Below are positions 39,735 to 51,589 of a stretch of DNA of 64,000 nt, piece after piece (positions within the stretch are counted from its first letter, which is position 1; every line of letters begins with the position of its first letter). The position numbers were made by a program, and so were the translations under genes. Under the pieces are notes generated by a model, which ran no database searches, was not told the origin of the DNA, and saw nothing but the letters and a program-made list of their open reading frames with translations. This stretch comes from Chiloscyllium plagiosum. Lineage: Eukaryota. The DNA is taken from contig NC_057718.1 of assembly GCF_004010195.1 (NCBI RefSeq), positions 48,605,859 to 48,669,858 on the forward strand, written 5' to 3'.

Positions 39735-40062
39735 TTGTTGTTTGTTTCTTTCTTGTTAGACCTAACTATTGTGCGTCATTTGCATGGCAAAAATGTAACT
39801 TGACACTTTTTGACTTAAGCTTGAATATTTTCAGGTCTTGCTGCATTTCCTCATGGACTGCTATAGTATCTGAGGAGTTGTGAATAGTGTGGAACACTGC
39901 AATCGTCAGTGAACATCCCCACTTCTGATCTTTGAATGGAGGGAAGATCATTGATGAAGCTGCTAAAAATGGTTGGTCCTAAGAAACTACCCTGAGGAAC
40001 TCCTACAGAGATGTCCTGGAGCTGGGATGACTGACCTCTAGCAACCACAACCATCTTTTTAT
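39735..40062 (-). mobile_element. Family-B LINE RT fragment
   Basis: ORF 39851-40054 QLQDISVGVPQGSFLGPTIFSSFINDLPSIQRSEVGMFTDDC. Confidence 0.85.
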
Positions 40063-41262
40063 GTGTCCTGAGGTTGGCGGGTCATGAGGCGGAAGATGAG
40101 GCATTCTTCCTCCAGGTGTCGGGTGGTTATGGAGTGGCGATGGAGGAGGCCCAGGCCCTGAATGTCCTTGGTGGAGTGGGAGGGGAAGTTGAAGTGTTTG
40201 GATACGGTGGGGTGGAACTGGTTGGTATGGGTGTCCCAGAGATGGTCTCTGAAGCGCTCTGCCAGTAGGTGTCCTGTCTTCCCAATGTAGAGGAGACTGC
40301 ATTGGGAGCAACGGATATAGTAAATGACATGTGTGGAGGTGCAGATGAAGCTTTGATGGACTTGGAAGGCTTCTTCGGGCCTTGGACGGAGGTGAGGGGG
40401 AGGTGTAGGCGCAGATTTTGCAATTCCTGTGGTGGCAGGGGAAGGTGCCAGGAGGGGATGGTGTGTTGGTGGAGGGTTTGGACCTGACGAGAGAACAGCC
40501 TTTATGGAAAGCGGATGGGGGGGTGGAGAGAAATATATCTCTGGTGGTGGGGTCTGTTTGTAGGTGGCGGAAATGGCAGAGGATGATACAATGTATACGG
40601 AGATTGGTGGGGTGGAAGATGAGGACCAGGGGCATTCTGTCCTTGTTGTGATTGGAGAGGTGGTGTTCGAGGGCGGAGGTGCGGGAAGTGGATGAGCTGC
40701 TCTGGAAGGCATCATCAACCATGTGGGAGGAGAAGTTGTGATCTTTTAAGAAGGAGGCCATCAGGTGTGTTCTGTGGTGGAATTGGTCCTCCTAGGAGCA
40801 GATGCGGCAGAGGAATTGGGAATAAGGGATAGCGTTTTTACAGGAGGCAGGGTGGGAGGAGGTGTTATCCAGGTAGCTGTGGGAGTCAGTGGGTTTGTAG
40901 AAAATGTCAGTGTTGAGTCGGTTATCGTTGATGAAGATGGAGGGGTCCAGGAAAGGGAGGGAGGTGTCTGAGATGGTCCAGGTGAATTTAAGGTCCGGGT
41001 GGAATGTGTTGGTGAAGTTGATGAACTGTTCAACCTCCTCATGGGAGCACGAAGTGGCGCTGATGCAGTCATCAAGGTAGCGGAGGAAAAGATAGGGAAT
41101 GGTGCCAATGTAACTACGGAAGATGGACTGTTCCACGTAGCCGGCAAAATGACAGGCATAGCTGGGCCCCATGCGGCGTGTCCTGGCTGCCCCTTTCGTC
41201 TGGAGAAAGTGGGAGGATTCAAAGGAGAAATGAATGAGAGTGAGGACCACTTCAGCCAAATG
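40063..41262 (-). mobile_element. Penelope-like element: RT C-half plus GIY-YIG endonuclease (frameshifted)
   Basis: HFLQTKG..MGPSYACHF..FLRYLDDC..KFTWTISDTSLPFLD..YKPTDSHSYL..IPYSQFL; CTSTHVIYYIRCSQCSLLYIGKTGHLLAERFRDH..LEEECLIFRL. Confidence 0.95.
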
Positions 41263-41830
41263 AATAAGTTTTGTGAGGCACGATTACCCTTCACAAAACC
41301 GTGTTGACTATCCCTAAGCATGTTATTCCTTTCTAGATGATTATAAATCCTATCTCTTATAACCCTTTCCAACACTTTACCCACAACCAAAGTAAGGCTC
41401 ACTGGCCTATAATTTCCAGGGTTGTCTCTACTCCCCTTCTTGAACAAGGGAACAACATTTGTTATCCTCCAGCCTTCTGGCACTATTCTTATAGACAATG
41501 ATGGCATAAATATCAAAGCCAAAGGCTCGACAGTCTCTTCCTTGGCTTCCCAGAGAATCCTAGGATAAATCCCATCCGGCCCAGGGGACATCTATTTTTA
41601 CACTTTCCAGAATTGCTAACATCTCCTCCTTATGCACCTCAATCCTGTCTCATCTAATAGCCTGTATCTCTGTATTCTCCTCGACCACGTTGTTGTTTTC
41701 TAGTGGGAATACTGAAATAAGTATTCATTTAGTTCTTTCCCTATCTCCTCTGACTCCACACACAACATCCCACTACTATGCTTGATTGGCCCTAATCTTA
41801 CTCTAGTCATTCTTTTATTCGTGATATACC
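41263..41830 (-). mobile_element. CR1 ORF2 fragment (start of RT)
   Basis: SPGPDGIYPRILWE..WRITNVVPLFKKGSRDNPGNYRPVSLT..SQHGFVKG. Confidence 0.92.
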
Positions 41831-42244
41831 TTAGTCTATTTTAGTTAACTTTGTCTTCATACCTTTGTAATTGATTTTATTACAGTTTCCAGCTAGTTTC
41901 AGACCTAGGTTTCTCACATTCAAACTATGTTACGAACACTAATTAAAGAGATCACTGTTGTCATAATCTTGTCTTTATTGAATACTTGCCAGGTATAAAA
42001 ATAGCCTGTCCCCTCGGTAGGGTCAAAATAAACTGTCTGGAATGCTCTGTATAAACCCATTATCATGGTGCCCTAATCAAATATGATTTGTTCAATCTGG
42101 ATCAAGGTTAAAACCGTCTCTGATCATTACATTACCTTTATTACAAACACGCATTATTTCTTGGCTGATACTCTGTCTTCCAGACTAGCTATGGTTAGGC
42201 CTTGTTATGATATCATTCAGTGTGGAAGGGTCAAAATTCTAAGA

Positions 42245-42448
42245 GGAGAAAGTGAGGTCTGCAGGTGCTGGAGATCAAAGTTGAAACTTTATTGCTGGAA
42301 CAGCACAGCAGGTCAGGCAGCATCCAGGGAACAGGAGATTCGACGTTTCGGGCACAGGCCGAAGAAGGGCCTGTGCCCGAAACGTCGAATCTCCTGTTCC
42401 CTGGATGCTGCCTGACCTGCTGTGCTGTTCCAGCAATAAAGTTTCAAC
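42245..42448. mobile_element. Penelope-derived perfect fold-back insertion
   Basis: 82-bp perfect inverted arms 42279-42360 and 42368-42449, 7-nt loop; 14-bp TSD tcaaaattctaaga at 42231 and 42449. Confidence 0.92.
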
Positions 42449-43788
42449 TCAAAATTCTAAGAACTGCTTCCCTAATGGCATTGTGGGTCTACCTACGCCA
42501 GATTGACAGTATACCAACCACTTCAAGGATAATGTAGAAGAGGCAATAAAAACTATCCTAGCCAGACACATCCACATTTCGTGAATAAGTGAAAACTAGC
42601 AGCTAGAGTAAAGATGGAGTGGAATGATGGAGTGGAGTGGCTGAATTTCCCCAGCTGTCTGGAGTTCGGTTTGGAGACAGAGATGTTAGGGAAGCAATAC
42701 AATTCTTCATTGAGCCAGCTTCCTGAGGCTGTACCATATCTTGTGAATTACTCTTGTCAAAGGTATCTTTCATTTACCTATTTCTTAGCTCAATCCAAAC
42801 TGTTTTGACATCTTATCTTCCAAGCCAAGATAACTTTCCATTACAATATTGATCTCATACTAAATTAGTAGAATTAACCAACCTCTGGTTCAATTTCTAT
42901 TATGTAGATGAAACGGTAAACACTTAATTAAAGATGAGAAGGATGTTTCAGGATCGCATACATATTGCTTTGGGTATTGTAATCAGTGATTCCCCTCAAG
43001 GCAATCTTTCATTTAGATATATGTGGATTAATGATTGTGCTGCAAAGTTATGAATATGTATTTTATTTGCAGCAAAACCAAATTGTCCACTAATTAAATA
43101 AGCAGTAGAAGTTTGACCTGGTTCTGGTTGACTTGAATCAACAACAGGAAATAGTTTCTAATTCAAGAAGCATTCCCTATGAGGCTCAGGTTAAATATGG
43201 AGGATGTAAATGGCACTGGCTAGTGTAGTAGAAATTATCCTGAGACTTACATTGAGGTTGAATGGTCAGAACACTAAGGAATTGACTTGTACTGCTGTAG
43301 ATATGGAGTATAATCTCACTGCTTTTTCCATAAATAAAGGATCTGAACATTTACAAATAGCCGTTCATGTTTGCAAAAACATAATAAAAGGCTTTATTTT
43401 GCTGCTGCACTTTTCATCTCATCATTCCTGAAGTATTAACTCATGCCAATTCACCACTTTAAGAGTATGGTTGCTGTACGTTTCAATGCACTTTTCAATT
43501 GTTCACTGATCATGTTCAAGCCAAATCAGTGAGATTGAGTCACCATGTAACAGAAGATGGGTATCATTGAAAAGTGCAAACCTATCCTAATCAGGCTTTC
43601 ACATAATACCATTTTTCCAGGTGGGGCACTGACTAGCAATCAGAAATGGGAACCTTGACTGAGATTTTTCTGCTCCCTAGGTCAGAGATACAGAAGACAA
43701 TTATAGCACCCAGCTGAGATCAACAACTGAGGTGCAGTCTGTACAACCAACTAAAATCTTCCTTGTCCAAACAGCTCATTTTCATATT

Positions 43789-44066
43789 TTAGATTAGATT
43801 AGATTCCCAACAGTGTGGAAACAAGCTCTTCAGCCCAACCAGATCCATTTCCCTCTGACTAATGCACCTAACACTATGGTCAATTTAGCATGGCCAATTC
43901 ACCTGACCTGCACATCTTTGGACTGTGGGAAAAAACCAGAGCACCCAGAGGAAACCCACACAGACACAGGGAGAATGTGCAAACTCCACATAGACAGTTG
44001 CCTGAGGCTGCAATTGAACCTGGTGCTGTGAGGCAGCAGTGCTAACCAATGAGCCACCATGCCAAA
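43789..44066 (-). mobile_element. HE1-type SINE
   Basis: tRNA-like head ggcatggtggctcattggttagcactgctgcctcacagc; core gatgtgcaggtcaggtgaattggccatgctaaattg; (tctaa)n tail. Confidence 0.88.
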
Positions 44067-44539
44067 AGCACAATATTTATGGAATCATCAGAAAAGTAAT
44101 GATCCATTCTGTGCCAAATACAAAACACTGCAGCCCAGCCATTATAGACTAATGATGTGAACTTAAAACTCAGAATGCACTGATTACAGAATAATGGTGT
44201 CATTGCATAAGTTAATAATCAGTGAAGGATCTTTCTGACTTGTGGTACTTGTAAGTGTTTCATGTCTGAAAACTGTAGACATGCCTTTTTATAAAATGTT
44301 GAAGTAACTAGTGTAAAGGTGGAGTGGCATGATGTAGGCTGAATTTCCCTAGCTGTCTGGGATTGGGTTTGGAGACAGGGGTGCTAGGGAAGCAATACAA
44401 TTCTTCATTGAGCCAGTTTCCTGAGGTTGTGCCATGTTTTGTAATTTTCCTTGGGTGGGTGGGGATGGCAACATGTTATCTAAGGCAGAAACAGGAAAAA
44501 TGTTTTCTCACAGGTGGCCATGAGCATTTGGAACTTTCT

Positions 44540-44740
44540 TAGAGTCATTGAGTCGTACAGCATGGAAATAGACCCTTCAGTCCATGCTAAACATAATCTC
44601 AAACTAAACTTGTCCCACATGCCTGCTCCTGGCCCATATCCCTCCAAACCTTTCCGTTCATGTACTTATCAAAATGTCTTTTAAACTTTGTAATTGTACC
44701 CACATCCACCACTTCCTCAGGAAGCCCATTCCACATGTGA
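44540..44740 (-). mobile_element. CR1 3' end fragment
   Basis: agagtcattgagtcgtacagcatggaaatagaccc...aaatgtcttttaaactttgtaattgtacccacatccaccac. Confidence 0.75.
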
Positions 44741-45999
44741 AGTAAAAGCAACGTCTTTTAATACTTTTCCGGCAGAGGTAGATAGATTCTTAATAAGCAC
44801 AGGGGGTGAAAGACTATCAGGTGGCAATGTGTGGTAAAAAGATTAACCATGATCTTACTAAAGCTTGGGGGGATAAGCGACCTATTTTTCTGTCCTAATT
44901 CCCATGTTTATATGTGCACTCCAGGGGATGGGAAGGCTGTCAATCAAACCAGTGAAAGCTCCACTGAATGGCCATTTTCCCCACATCAGTACAACTTTGT
45001 TAGCACATGGAAACACCCCTTGCTGAATCCACAACCTGGCAACAGATGTGAGAGACTACGTCACAATGGGAGGTCCATTGGAGTCAATCCTCTATGCTCC
45101 TATGGTGAACTTCTAATACGGAAATGATCACAGCCTTGACCAATACAATTTTTTTTGCAGATGGAGCTTTATTCATCATGGAACCTTCTGTAATTTTTTG
45201 AGAACACCTCTATTGGAGGTGTCTTTGCATTCATCTGCCTCAACATTACTCACTTCCCCCGTGGTACTGCCAGCCATCAGTCTTGCAGTATTTCTCATGA
45301 GGCCTCCCCCATCACTGTTCTGTTCATCTAACTAATTGAATAACAAGTGTGAAGATGGTCAATTAGGAGGCTACCTAATGTAAAGTTGTGCAGGTGGATA
45401 TGCTGCCGAGTTGTATGGCCCTGGGATCCTCATACGGTCCCAATGTTGAATACGTGATTTCCATCCAGAATTAGAGTTTTTGCCTAACTGGATACAATTT
45501 GTGCCCATGATACTTCATAGAAACAAGTTTTCAAACAGGGCTGTGTGACCTGAAAGGGGCAGTGGGCAGACACAGTTGGTAGAGACACATGGGGAAGGAG
45601 GAAATAATAGAAGATCTAACCCAGGGTATTGCAGAAACAATGGTCGGAGCAGATTTCCAGCCTAATTCTTTTGTCAATGAAATTGTGCTACACAGAGTGC
45701 TGTATGTAATGTCAGAAGAGTAAGTAACAGAAATAGATATCCTTAGCTGCTCACTATTTGCATTTGTTCGTTTTTCTCCACTTGTTCTCCAGAATGGTTT
45801 AATTTACATTCTGCCTGCAGAAGCAGCTTTGACAAGTTATTAATAAGCCTTTGACAATATTGTTCTCTTGGGAATTATTTTTCTCTTGTTACGAATTTTT
45901 TAAAAAGTGTATTTTGTTTTGTTTTCACTGTAGAAAAAAAGTGCTGACAACAATTTCTTCATTCAAATTTAAACTAACGACTCTTGTGTTCTCCCTCAG

Positions 46000-46119
46000 T
46001 TTATGTGTTTTGTGTGCCTTTGTCTGTGAATGTCATGACGAGTTGTCAAGCAAATTGCTAAAGCAAGCTGCTGAACTTCAAATGAGGAAACTGCAGCTGG
46101 CTGTGGAGGGCAACCTCAG
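46000..46119 (+). other. Candidate plus-strand exon (120 nt)
   Basis: Branch point ctaac, ctcttgtgttctccctcag| acceptor, CAG|gtaacc donor; one open frame LCVLCAFVCECHDELSSKLLKQAAELQMRKLQLAVEGNL; product not recognised. Confidence 0.25.
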
Positions 46120-46519
46120 GTAACCCTGGTACAGGAAGGAAACCATCCTGATACACAACAGCAAGTCTCTATTGCCATGGAGCCACTGTCACTCTCCATG
46201 GTGACACCTCATTAGTAATCTGCTGAGCTGCTGAGGATATCTCAGCAGCAGTATACCACCACCTCCTCAAGGGGAATTGGGCATGTGCAATACATGTTGA
46301 CCTAGTCAGCAATGTCCACATCCCATGCATGAATAACAAAAAATGGTGGAATGTTCTAATATCTGAAAATTCCTTTGAACAGTGATCTGTAGAGTCCTCA
46401 TTAGCGGCAGTTTGAGTTTGCAAGGCAGCAGTTCAACCTTTGATGAAAGTGATATGCTGCAATGGAAGCTGTGAAATAAGCCTCACTTTGGTCATCATGT
46501 TGGTTCCATAAATGTGTTT

Positions 46520-48995
46520 GTCTATTTAATTGTGATATTTTCCTAGATGACTGCATCTGGCACATTGTGATGTTTGCCACCTCAACCAACATATGGTTGT
46601 GAGTAAAGGTTTTTTGAGGTGGTTTGCTGCCACTAATTTCCATTGTTTTTGCTTTTTCTTGGGCCAATCTAGTGATTAATGGTAGAAGATATAGTGGTAG
46701 ATAAGAAGAAGATTTATTGCATATAGCAACTACATTTGGTTTTATTGACTGTTGACCTTGATTCTAATTGACTCAACTGTAATTGGTTAATGAACCATGC
46801 TGCCATCATATACTTCACATGTCCAACTCGAATATTGTTGAATGACTGATCTGCAATGAGACAAGGTTCCTGTTGTTCGTCCGTACAGCCCTCTCAGTTG
46901 TTTGATCAGTATATGATGGACATTAGTCTGCTGACACTTGGATGATTGTACCAAACATTGTTTATGTCCCTTATCCATACCTGTTGCCGTTGGCCCAGAG
47001 TGGCAATACCTTTGCAAGTTGCATCTCGTATAATGTGTTGCTTCTGTTCTTGAAAGTATTGCTTTTTATTCTAAACTTCATTGTCGTCCCTTGGTCTCAA
47101 CTGTGGAGTCAACTTGTTTGGTAGGTGAGTTTTCAGTTTTCTCTCTATCAGCATTTTTGATGGCAATTGCCATAACCCATTATTTAGTATCAAGTTTGGC
47201 AAAAATTCTACTTTCAGATGATTTGGCTAAATTCTCAACAACTCTAGATAGTGGCAGATTTAGCAACTATTGCTTTGTTGCCTTATGTCAGATCATATGC
47301 TGATGGAGTTGGTTACCATAGACAAGGAAGTGACAGACATTTTGATAATTTCTTCAAGTTGTGTCGAAATTGATTCATTAAGTGGCATTGAATCTTTCTA
47401 GGTATGTAGAGACATAACGAGTTAGGATCTTTTCTCAAGTTGATTCTACATTTGGTGTTGAGTTTACTTAACAAATTATAAATAAATTGGGTTATCCCAA
47501 CAAAAGGAATTTTTACTGCTATATTGTTGTATTTCTTTTACTTTCTGAATGATATTTATTACACTGCACATATTGGATGTTCACATTTTTCCATGTCTTC
47601 CTGCCTTTTCCAATAATCAAAATGACAACTGTCTGTTTTTTCACCTTCCTGCAGCCAAGATAGAGTTTCCGCATTTCTTCCAATATAATTTGGGCATTTT
47701 CCCACTATTCATGGTGTGAAAAGCCAAACACTTTTTTCTATGTAATTACTTAAATAAAGTGTTCGAGCTGAAGCATTTAATAAATCTGCCTATCACAATT
47801 ATGGCTTAATTATTAAGTCCAGGCCTGTTAAACATTTATTTTCCCTGACTTTTCTTCTTCTGCATGACTCTTTCACTATATTTCCTTAATTTAATTTATT
47901 TTCACAGTGAATACACTGTGAGGCTTTGTGAAAAATCCTGGTTTAAATTTCTTTCTTGGTCTTTTCATATTATTGGTCTATCTCATCAAGCCTAATAATA
48001 TGGTGAAAAGAGATAACTTTTTTAGACTCCCATGCCTTCATTTTCTGTTCACTGCATCATTTTTTCAATTAAGTTATTCCCTTTTTGTTTAGGCATCATT
48101 AACTTATCTCCAAGAGCCTTTGTTACTCCTCCGAGAGTCTTCTTTAGTAAGCCTTCTAAGTGTACTAATTGTGGATGGCTTTTGTCTATTTTCCTGGTCT
48201 ACATTGTTGCCCCAGTCGTTCTTACCAGCTTCTGATAACTTTAAAGTTCTGATAACTTCAAAGTTTTGCCTTTGAAGATCTGAGCTAGCTTTTTTACAGC
48301 TCCCATGGCAGCAGTTGTCTCTCATGGTCAGTAATGGTGTTTTAGCTGCTGACTGACTATCTGTGTATTCCTACGGTGGCAAAGTTTGGAAAATTCGCTT
48401 GCTTATTTTATTTCTCTTTTGGACTTCTTTTTCTGTGGGGGAACTGATCCTCCCTGCTTCAATCATGTGATATTGGTGACCACTCCCAGTACTTTGAAGT
48501 ATTTCCCCTCACTTCAATAGTATATAATACTGGGTATGGTTTGCTTTAAGTAATTAGTTGCCAACAATTCTCCTTTGATTTTGCTTCATCTTGGGCCTCG
48601 GGGATACACCACAGTAGAATAACCACAGAAGAGACACTCTTTATGGATAACAAGAAGATCCACTGCATAATGGCAATAAGTACAACTACATTTGGTTGGG
48701 CAGAAATACATGGACCTAAGAGATCTGGTTTAGATACATCTCCTTCCTCTGAAAGCTGGAGCGGAACTCCTTGTCTTCAACCACAGATTGTGTGTGACCG
48801 ATATTGTCTCCAATAATTCCTTGGATGCATGGATCTCTGAGATCCATGTGTGTCATTGATTTCCAAAACCAGAAGTCAAATGTGTTGGCATGCCTATTGG
48901 CATATGCAGAACCCTGTATCAGCTGAGGGAATATTGTGTGTGACCTTATTAGAATGTCTAGAGCTAATGTAGTTAGAACATTAACCTCTTCATGA
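46520..48995 (-). mobile_element. Heavily decayed Gypsy-like LTR element
   Basis: Integrase C-terminal-like GTIIQVSAD*CPSYTDQTTERAVRTNNRNL at ~46860-46960; two related LTR-like segments sharing gataa.aagaagat...tgcata..caactacatttggtt at 46700-46742 and 48646-48696. Confidence 0.55.
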
Positions 48996-48999
48996 CCAT

Positions 49000-49335
49000 T
49001 GCCTGATATGAGAGTGACTACATGTTCTATGTTGGAATGGATGAGCTCCAAGCCCTGAGCAAATCCTCGAACAACTTCGGAGCTGAATTCTATTTTGCAA
49101 CAGTTTTCTGGCATCAAGGATTGAGTTGTATACAACCTTTCTTTATTAGTGCATCAATGTTCTCATTTGAGTCATCTGCAGCAGAACTCATGTCTGACCT
49201 TGTCAGCTGGTGAGCTAATACCTGCACTAACCCTGTCCTGACCCTGTCGCTTATGTCCTGTGGCTGACTATGTGGTAATTTCTCCTCTGAATAAATAGCT
49301 ATAATGTACACAATCTCAGCATCTGAGGTGATCTC
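49000..49335 (-). pseudogene. Probable C-terminal part of a Harbinger Myb/SANT accessory gene
   Basis: SSAADDSNENID.. / EFSSEVVRGFAQGLELIHSNIEHVVTLIS; same strand as, and downstream of, the Myb-like fragment at 50800-50990; assignment is from memory of such proteins. Confidence 0.35.
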
Positions 49336-49339
49336 TACA

Positions 49340-49525
49340 ACTGTGGTGGATATGGGTACAATTACAACATTTAAAAGACATTTGGACAAGTACATGAATA
49401 GGAAAGCCATAGAGGGATTTGGGCCAGGAGAAGGCAGGTGGGATTAGTTTAGTTTGGGATTATGTTTGGTATGGACTGATTGGATGGAGGATCTGCTTCT
49501 GTGCTGATTGACTGTACGACTCTAT
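49340..49525 (+). mobile_element. CR1 3' end fragment
   Basis: gtggtggatatgggtacaattacaacatttaaaagacatttggacaagtacatgaatagg...gactctat. Confidence 0.85.
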
Positions 49526-49673
49526 AAATGACAGTTTTTCTTCATATCAACTCTGACTGGGAGGTTCCAGTTTCTGAGCAACTGGATTAGCTATTGGTGA
49601 AGGAAGAAGAGAAAGTAAGAATTGCACACTTGTAGTTAAAAAAAAATTCTACTTTGTATTAGAACTTAGAATT

Positions 49674-49997
49674 CCTACAGTGTGGAAACCAGTCCTTTGG
49701 CCCAGCAAGTCCACACTGACCTTCCGAAGAGTAACCCACCCTGACCCATTCCATAATTTCTCTACGTTTCCCCTGACTAATGCACCTAACATTTTGGGCA
49801 ATTTAGCATGGCCAATCCACCTAACCTGCACATCTTTTGGATTGTGGGAGGAAACCATAGCACCTGGAGGAAACCTGCATAGACACAAGGAGGATATGCA
49901 ACCTCCACACAGACAATTGCCCGAGGCTGGAATCAAACCTGAGTCTCTGGTGCTGTGAGGCTGCAGTGCTAACCACTGAGCCATCATGCCGCCCCCT
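49674..49997 (-). mobile_element. HE1-type SINE
   Basis: Head gggcggcatgatggctcagtggttagcactgcagcctcacagc; central gatgtgcaggttaggtggattggccatgctaaattg; tail tttccacactgtagg. Confidence 0.9.
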
Positions 49998-50263
49998 GCA
50001 AACTTGTGAGTCAAAAACAAAAAATTCTATTCTATATTAGAACTTAGAATTAGGTATTCTGGTCTTCATAAATTGGAAATAATCACACTTCATACAGTAT
50101 TTGGCAGGGTTAGCTGTGTTTAATACAGCTTGTCATGCTGTCTGGTATTAAGGCTGTCTAAGATCAGTGTTTCACATCAGATGCCTCTCCAGTATAGTCA
50201 TAAATATCACTTCTGGAACATTTACACAATTGGTTCCTGGCTAATTAATTCCTAATATTGAGC

Positions 50264-50375
50264 ACAGTGCTTTTGTGTGCAAAGGTAGTGTCCCTATCTC
50301 TCAGCCAGGAGGCCTAGGTTCAAGTCCCACCTGCTCTAGAGATGTGTAAGAGTATGTCTTAATTTAAAATATCTA
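50264..50375 (+). mobile_element. Short tRNA-headed SINE-like element, copy 2
   Basis: ggtagtgtccctatctctcagccaggaggcctaggttcaagtcccacctgctctagagatgtgtaa...aaaatatcta; homologous to copies 1 and 3. Confidence 0.75.
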
Positions 50376-50799
50376 CAACATACACCATCCTCATCACCAA
50401 TCCCTTAAAGGTCTCTAAAGCCACCTGGTCAGTGATGCACCTTCTCATGATAATTGACACTGTTTACTCCATGACGGTTAAAACATGCAGACATGTTTAT
50501 CTTCTCCACTTTTGTTCTTCATGCCATCTGTCATGTAAGGAAAAAAAGACGACTGTGTTAGTGCGTGGCCTGAAATAGTTTTGAATTATGTGGCTGTCAT
50601 TGGTGAATAGCCACCAGTTTGTTCAAACTGGTAGTGTTTGTGAGACTGATAACAGTTTAAATGTGAGGTAAACTGTATGAATTGAAGGGTTGATGACTAT
50701 TTGATAGAGATTGTTGGTAGGTGAGTGTGGGGATTGCAGTGAATTGAGCAGTGGTTAACATTATATGCACAATTTGAACTCACTCACTTTGATGACTTG

Positions 50800-50990
50800 A
50801 GTCAGTTTGTTACATTTATTCTGCATGCCATCCATCTTCCTGGATCTACACCTTTCCTACTGCTACTTGAGCATTTATCAATATGCCTCTTGTTCCACTG
50901 AGAATATAAGATAATTCTCCATCTCTTCACCCACTCCAACAATACCTTCAGTGTGTTATTGGAAAATCTCAGTGCACGTTGTATCACATA
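50800..50990 (-). pseudogene. Myb/SANT-like N-terminal remnant (Harbinger accessory gene)
   Basis: QRALRFSNNTLKVLLEWVKRWRIILYSQ matches the R..RFS...L..L...V..R...L pattern. Confidence 0.55.
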
Positions 50991-51589
50991 TTCAACAAAT
51001 CTTCATCTTTGACAATGCAAATCAATTTCACAAAGTACTCATATCTCTTCTTACAGTCAAAATACACTATGATGGCAGGTTGCAGGCTGTCTTTAAGTAA
51101 TGCTAGTCATTTGGAGGTAAGTAATGTCAGAAGCGAGTTTGCAGGATGGGTCATAGACAGCATGATTGACAGGAAGGACAGAGGGGATAGCTTTAAGTGT
51201 CATGCCCCCTTTCCTGATATTAAGTCCCTCGATCAGGCATTGAAAGACTTTGATTGATGTCCCCCATTCTGCCTGGCCCCTCATTTGGGAATTGAAAAGC
51301 TGACTGCACGGTTGTAGCTGTTGTGCATGCCATAGGCAATAACATCATCTGCAGTAAGGCTAACACCAGTGGCAGTGGCCATGGACTGAGCCCCTTAAGT
51401 AGTTCTTAAGTTATGACCCACTAACCTCAAATTGTGGCAGGACATGAATGGTCACCACTGTTCCTCCTGCCCATAACAATTCTTGTGAAGGCAGGAAAGT
51501 GGGTATGGGAGAGGATGCTCTTTGGGTATACCACCATTATACCCTTCCTGCCTTCCAGCTTGTCATCAGCAGAGGATTCCACCTAGGGT

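Noticed and set aside
40761..41591. 276-aa ORF as a novel fusion protein
   Set aside because: The C-terminal half is an off-frame reading of Penelope RT; no promoter or splice support.
48716..49135. 139-aa ORF as a host gene
   Set aside because: Appears to run from a Harbinger-like block into LTR-like sequence; no splice signals.
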